A DNA stretch of 63,135 nt, filler included, from Basidioascus undulatus (Eukaryota), in assembly GCA_000826855.1 (NCBI GenBank). It is 4 parts of 4 records of this genome, joined end to end, with 100 filler letters (N's around TTAATTAATTAA, not from the genome) between each part and the next. Parts side by side here need not be neighbours in the genome. Positions count along the whole stretch, not along the records: positions 52,394 to 63,135 come from JTLS01001092.1; 3 more parts are not named here. One strand, 5' to 3'. Below are positions 60,804 through 63,135 of this stretch, piece by piece (the stretch's first letter is position 1; every line of letters starts with the position of its first letter). The notes below the pieces were generated by a model, which worked only from the letters and a program-made list of their open reading frames with translations, was not told where the DNA came from and ran no database searches. Position numbers and translations under genes: made by a program.

Positions 60804-63135
60804 ATGTCCGAGATCGTCAGAAAGAGGTCTGGCTTGGGGCGCATAGGCACTATCTTCGCGTGCGTAGCTCCCTATCATTATCAGCTAGACCGTCAATCTC
60901 ACGGGCACGACAATTGTAGGTGCGGCGCTGCGCTGTTTTCGGATGGGTAAGTGCTATTGTGCTGGAATCAGCATCGACTGGCGTTTAGGCTTGGGAAGTC
61001 GGAGCTGACGACTCGGGCCATGCCATAGCTACGTAAACGCTTCTGCCGGGTGAGTTGCTCGCCAGAACTACGGGCAGTTTAACATGTAGGCCGATGAGGC
61101 TGATGTGTCTGGTAACACCAGGGCGGCGCGCTACATCTTGGGGAAGATCCCGGGGTACACCGAGGCGCAACCGGCTCACTTCGCGTAAGTGTGAAGACCA
61201 GCTCTGGCAGTTCGCGCAATGCTGACCCTCGTTTGATAAACGACTTGTCCAGGGAAACCTTCTCTGCTCTAGTCTTTGCAGGAACAATTGTGGGAATGCT
61301 GGCCTTCGGATACATCTCTGACCGTGTCGGTGAGCCCCGTTCGCATTCCTTTCCGTCTTTATCGCAGACTGACTTGACACATTTCCGGGGTGACACAGGG
61401 CGGAAGGTCGGCATGGTCTTTGCATCCATGTGGCTGGCCCTGTGGTCAGTGATATCTGGCCTTGCATGGGGTGGGGGCGGCAGTATTAAGGGCATGTTCC
61501 AAGCCCTGATGGCATACCGTTTCCTTCTTGGTAAGTGCGGCCACAGCCTGATCGATCCCACAAGCTGACTCTGCAGCCTGGCGGATTTTAGGTCTTGCTA
61601 TCGGTGCCGAGTACCCCGCGGGCTCAGTAGCTGCGGCTGAGAACACCGAGGACCCGGGGTGGGTGTCCTTTTCGTCCTCTGGTGCCGATGCACCCTCGCC
61701 GAAGATAATGCTGACACGCGATCCCTCTTCCAGTGTGAGCAAGGGCGCCCAACAAAAACTCCTCATTCTTGCGACCAATAGCATGATCGATCTGGGCTTC
61801 GTGGTGCGTAGCAGCGCCGAATCGTCCTGCGGTTCAACAAAAATTTGACGCCCTTGGTTTGTCCATGTCAGCTTGCGTACTTTATACCTTACCTTCTCAT
61901 TCAAATTTTCGGGGATGATCACCTCGAGTGGGTGTGGCGGTACGTGTGGCCTTCTGAATTGCTATGAGGCGGTGAAACTGAACCGTGAGGCGCAGCGTCA
62001 CCCTTGGCTTCGGCGCTGTCCCTCCCCTCCTCGTCCTTTACTTCCGGATGCAGATGGAGGAGCCGGAGCGGTTTGTAGCTATCCCTTCGCTGGTAGTAGG
62101 CTCAGTCTGAATGAGATATCCACCGCAGGTACCGTAAGGACACGATGCGTGGCCTCAAGCTTTCCGAGTACCCTTGTACGCTACATGTTGTTCGCGGCGT
62201 TGGAGGAGAATCACTGATCGAATTGGACCAACTTAACAGGGTGGCTCATAATCAAGCGCTACTGGCACCGCGTTGCTGCGATATCGCTCGTGTGGTGGAT
62301 TTGTGAGTTGGTAAGGGGCTCGGTGCCTTCTCGTGACTGATCCAAACTTGCGCACCCCGCAGACGATTGGGGTCAGTCTATGTGTTGTAAAAGGGAGAAG
62401 ACGGAACTAGTGCTAATTGACCTTGATATATCTCAACTTCGATATCACAGTCTCTTACCCTAGTGAATCTTTCTCGTCTGCCATCTTCATTACAGCTGAG
62501 GCTGAAACTCTCTGGGCGGGTACTCTCACCAGCTGGTCTCTATTCCAACGTCATTGTGGCTCGTGGTGAGTCTCCTGTCCCCCAGTCCATCAGTGATCTG
62601 CGGCACTGACGCAAGTGGTACTCTCAGTCCTTCCGGAGGACGCCTCAATCTCTAGTAACCTCGGATGGTCGACGCTCATGGTCAGTCTGCACCGGCTGCC
62701 TACCGCAAGCGAGATGCTGATTTGGCTTTTATTTTTAGAACTTCTTCTACCTTCCCGGCACCATCGCTGGCGCGCTTGTCTCTGACCGTCGTGCGTTGCA
62801 TTTTTTGGTGAATGCGTGTTTCAATCTTGCTTGTCGCTCACAGGCTTCTATCACCCGTTCCAGTTGGCCCCAAGTGGACCATGATCGCTGGCTTGTTGGT
62901 CCAGTCAATTCGTAAGGTTTAATAAAGTAAGAGAGCACATACGGATCCGGACTGACATTGCGTTGTTTTTGGGTTCCAGTTGGGTTCGGTTTGGCTGGCG
63001 GGTACGCACGGCATCTCCTTCGTCCGGCCCGACACTGAAAGCAGCTGGTTCTTTTCTGTGCAGATACTCGAAGGTCTTGGAAAATGTTGCGGGCACCGTC
63101 GCGTCCGGCCCATCCTCTCTCACCTCTTCTTATCC
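60804..63135 (+). CDS. GIT1: MFS glycerophosphoinositol/phosphate permease (Git1-like), many short exons, runs off the window
   Basis: GAALFSDG|Y, FAGTIVGMLAFGYISDRV|GRKVG, YRFLL|GLAIGAEYPAGSVAAAE, LATNSMIDLGFV, WLIIKRYW and FYLPGTIAGALVSD|LGPK. Confidence 0.88.

Noticed and set aside
1..63135. CRISPR arrays, rRNA genes or prokaryotic operons
   Set aside because: No regularly spaced repeats or rRNA motifs were seen, and the sequence is spliced eukaryotic DNA.

Overview
Eukaryotic, intron-rich fungal DNA. Short introns with CTRAC branch points, many microexons and the gene content point to a basidiomycete, plausibly a Pucciniomycotina yeast (inference). The window is four contigs joined by artificial N44-TTAATTAATTAA-N44 linkers. 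Recognisable genes: a GFO/IDH/MocA oxidoreductase, a BRCT-less family-X DNA polymerase, OST1, an Spd1/Dif1-like RNR regulator, MIX23, a secreted Lys/Glu/Asp-rich protein, SWA2/auxilin, a Zn2Cys6 transcription factor, the PUS7 5' part fused to a Ty3/Gypsy integrase relic, a SAM methyltransferase, TIM21, a CBM48 Crp1/Mdg1/Hmp1-like protein, an F-box protein, a GIT1-like MFS transporter and tRNA-Gly(GCC). Between them lie many decaying pseudogenes (F-box/LRR paralogs, sugar porter, FAD monooxygenase, alcohol acetyltransferase, a captured SDR fragment). The standout is a circularly permuted tRNA-Arg(ACG) at 53040-53112. Its 3' half lies upstream of its 5' half with a 1-nt spacer, the break is at 37/38, and it is flanked by what look like decayed outer halves of a 90-nt tandem duplication. 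All exon boundaries and alignments were read by eye and are approximate.
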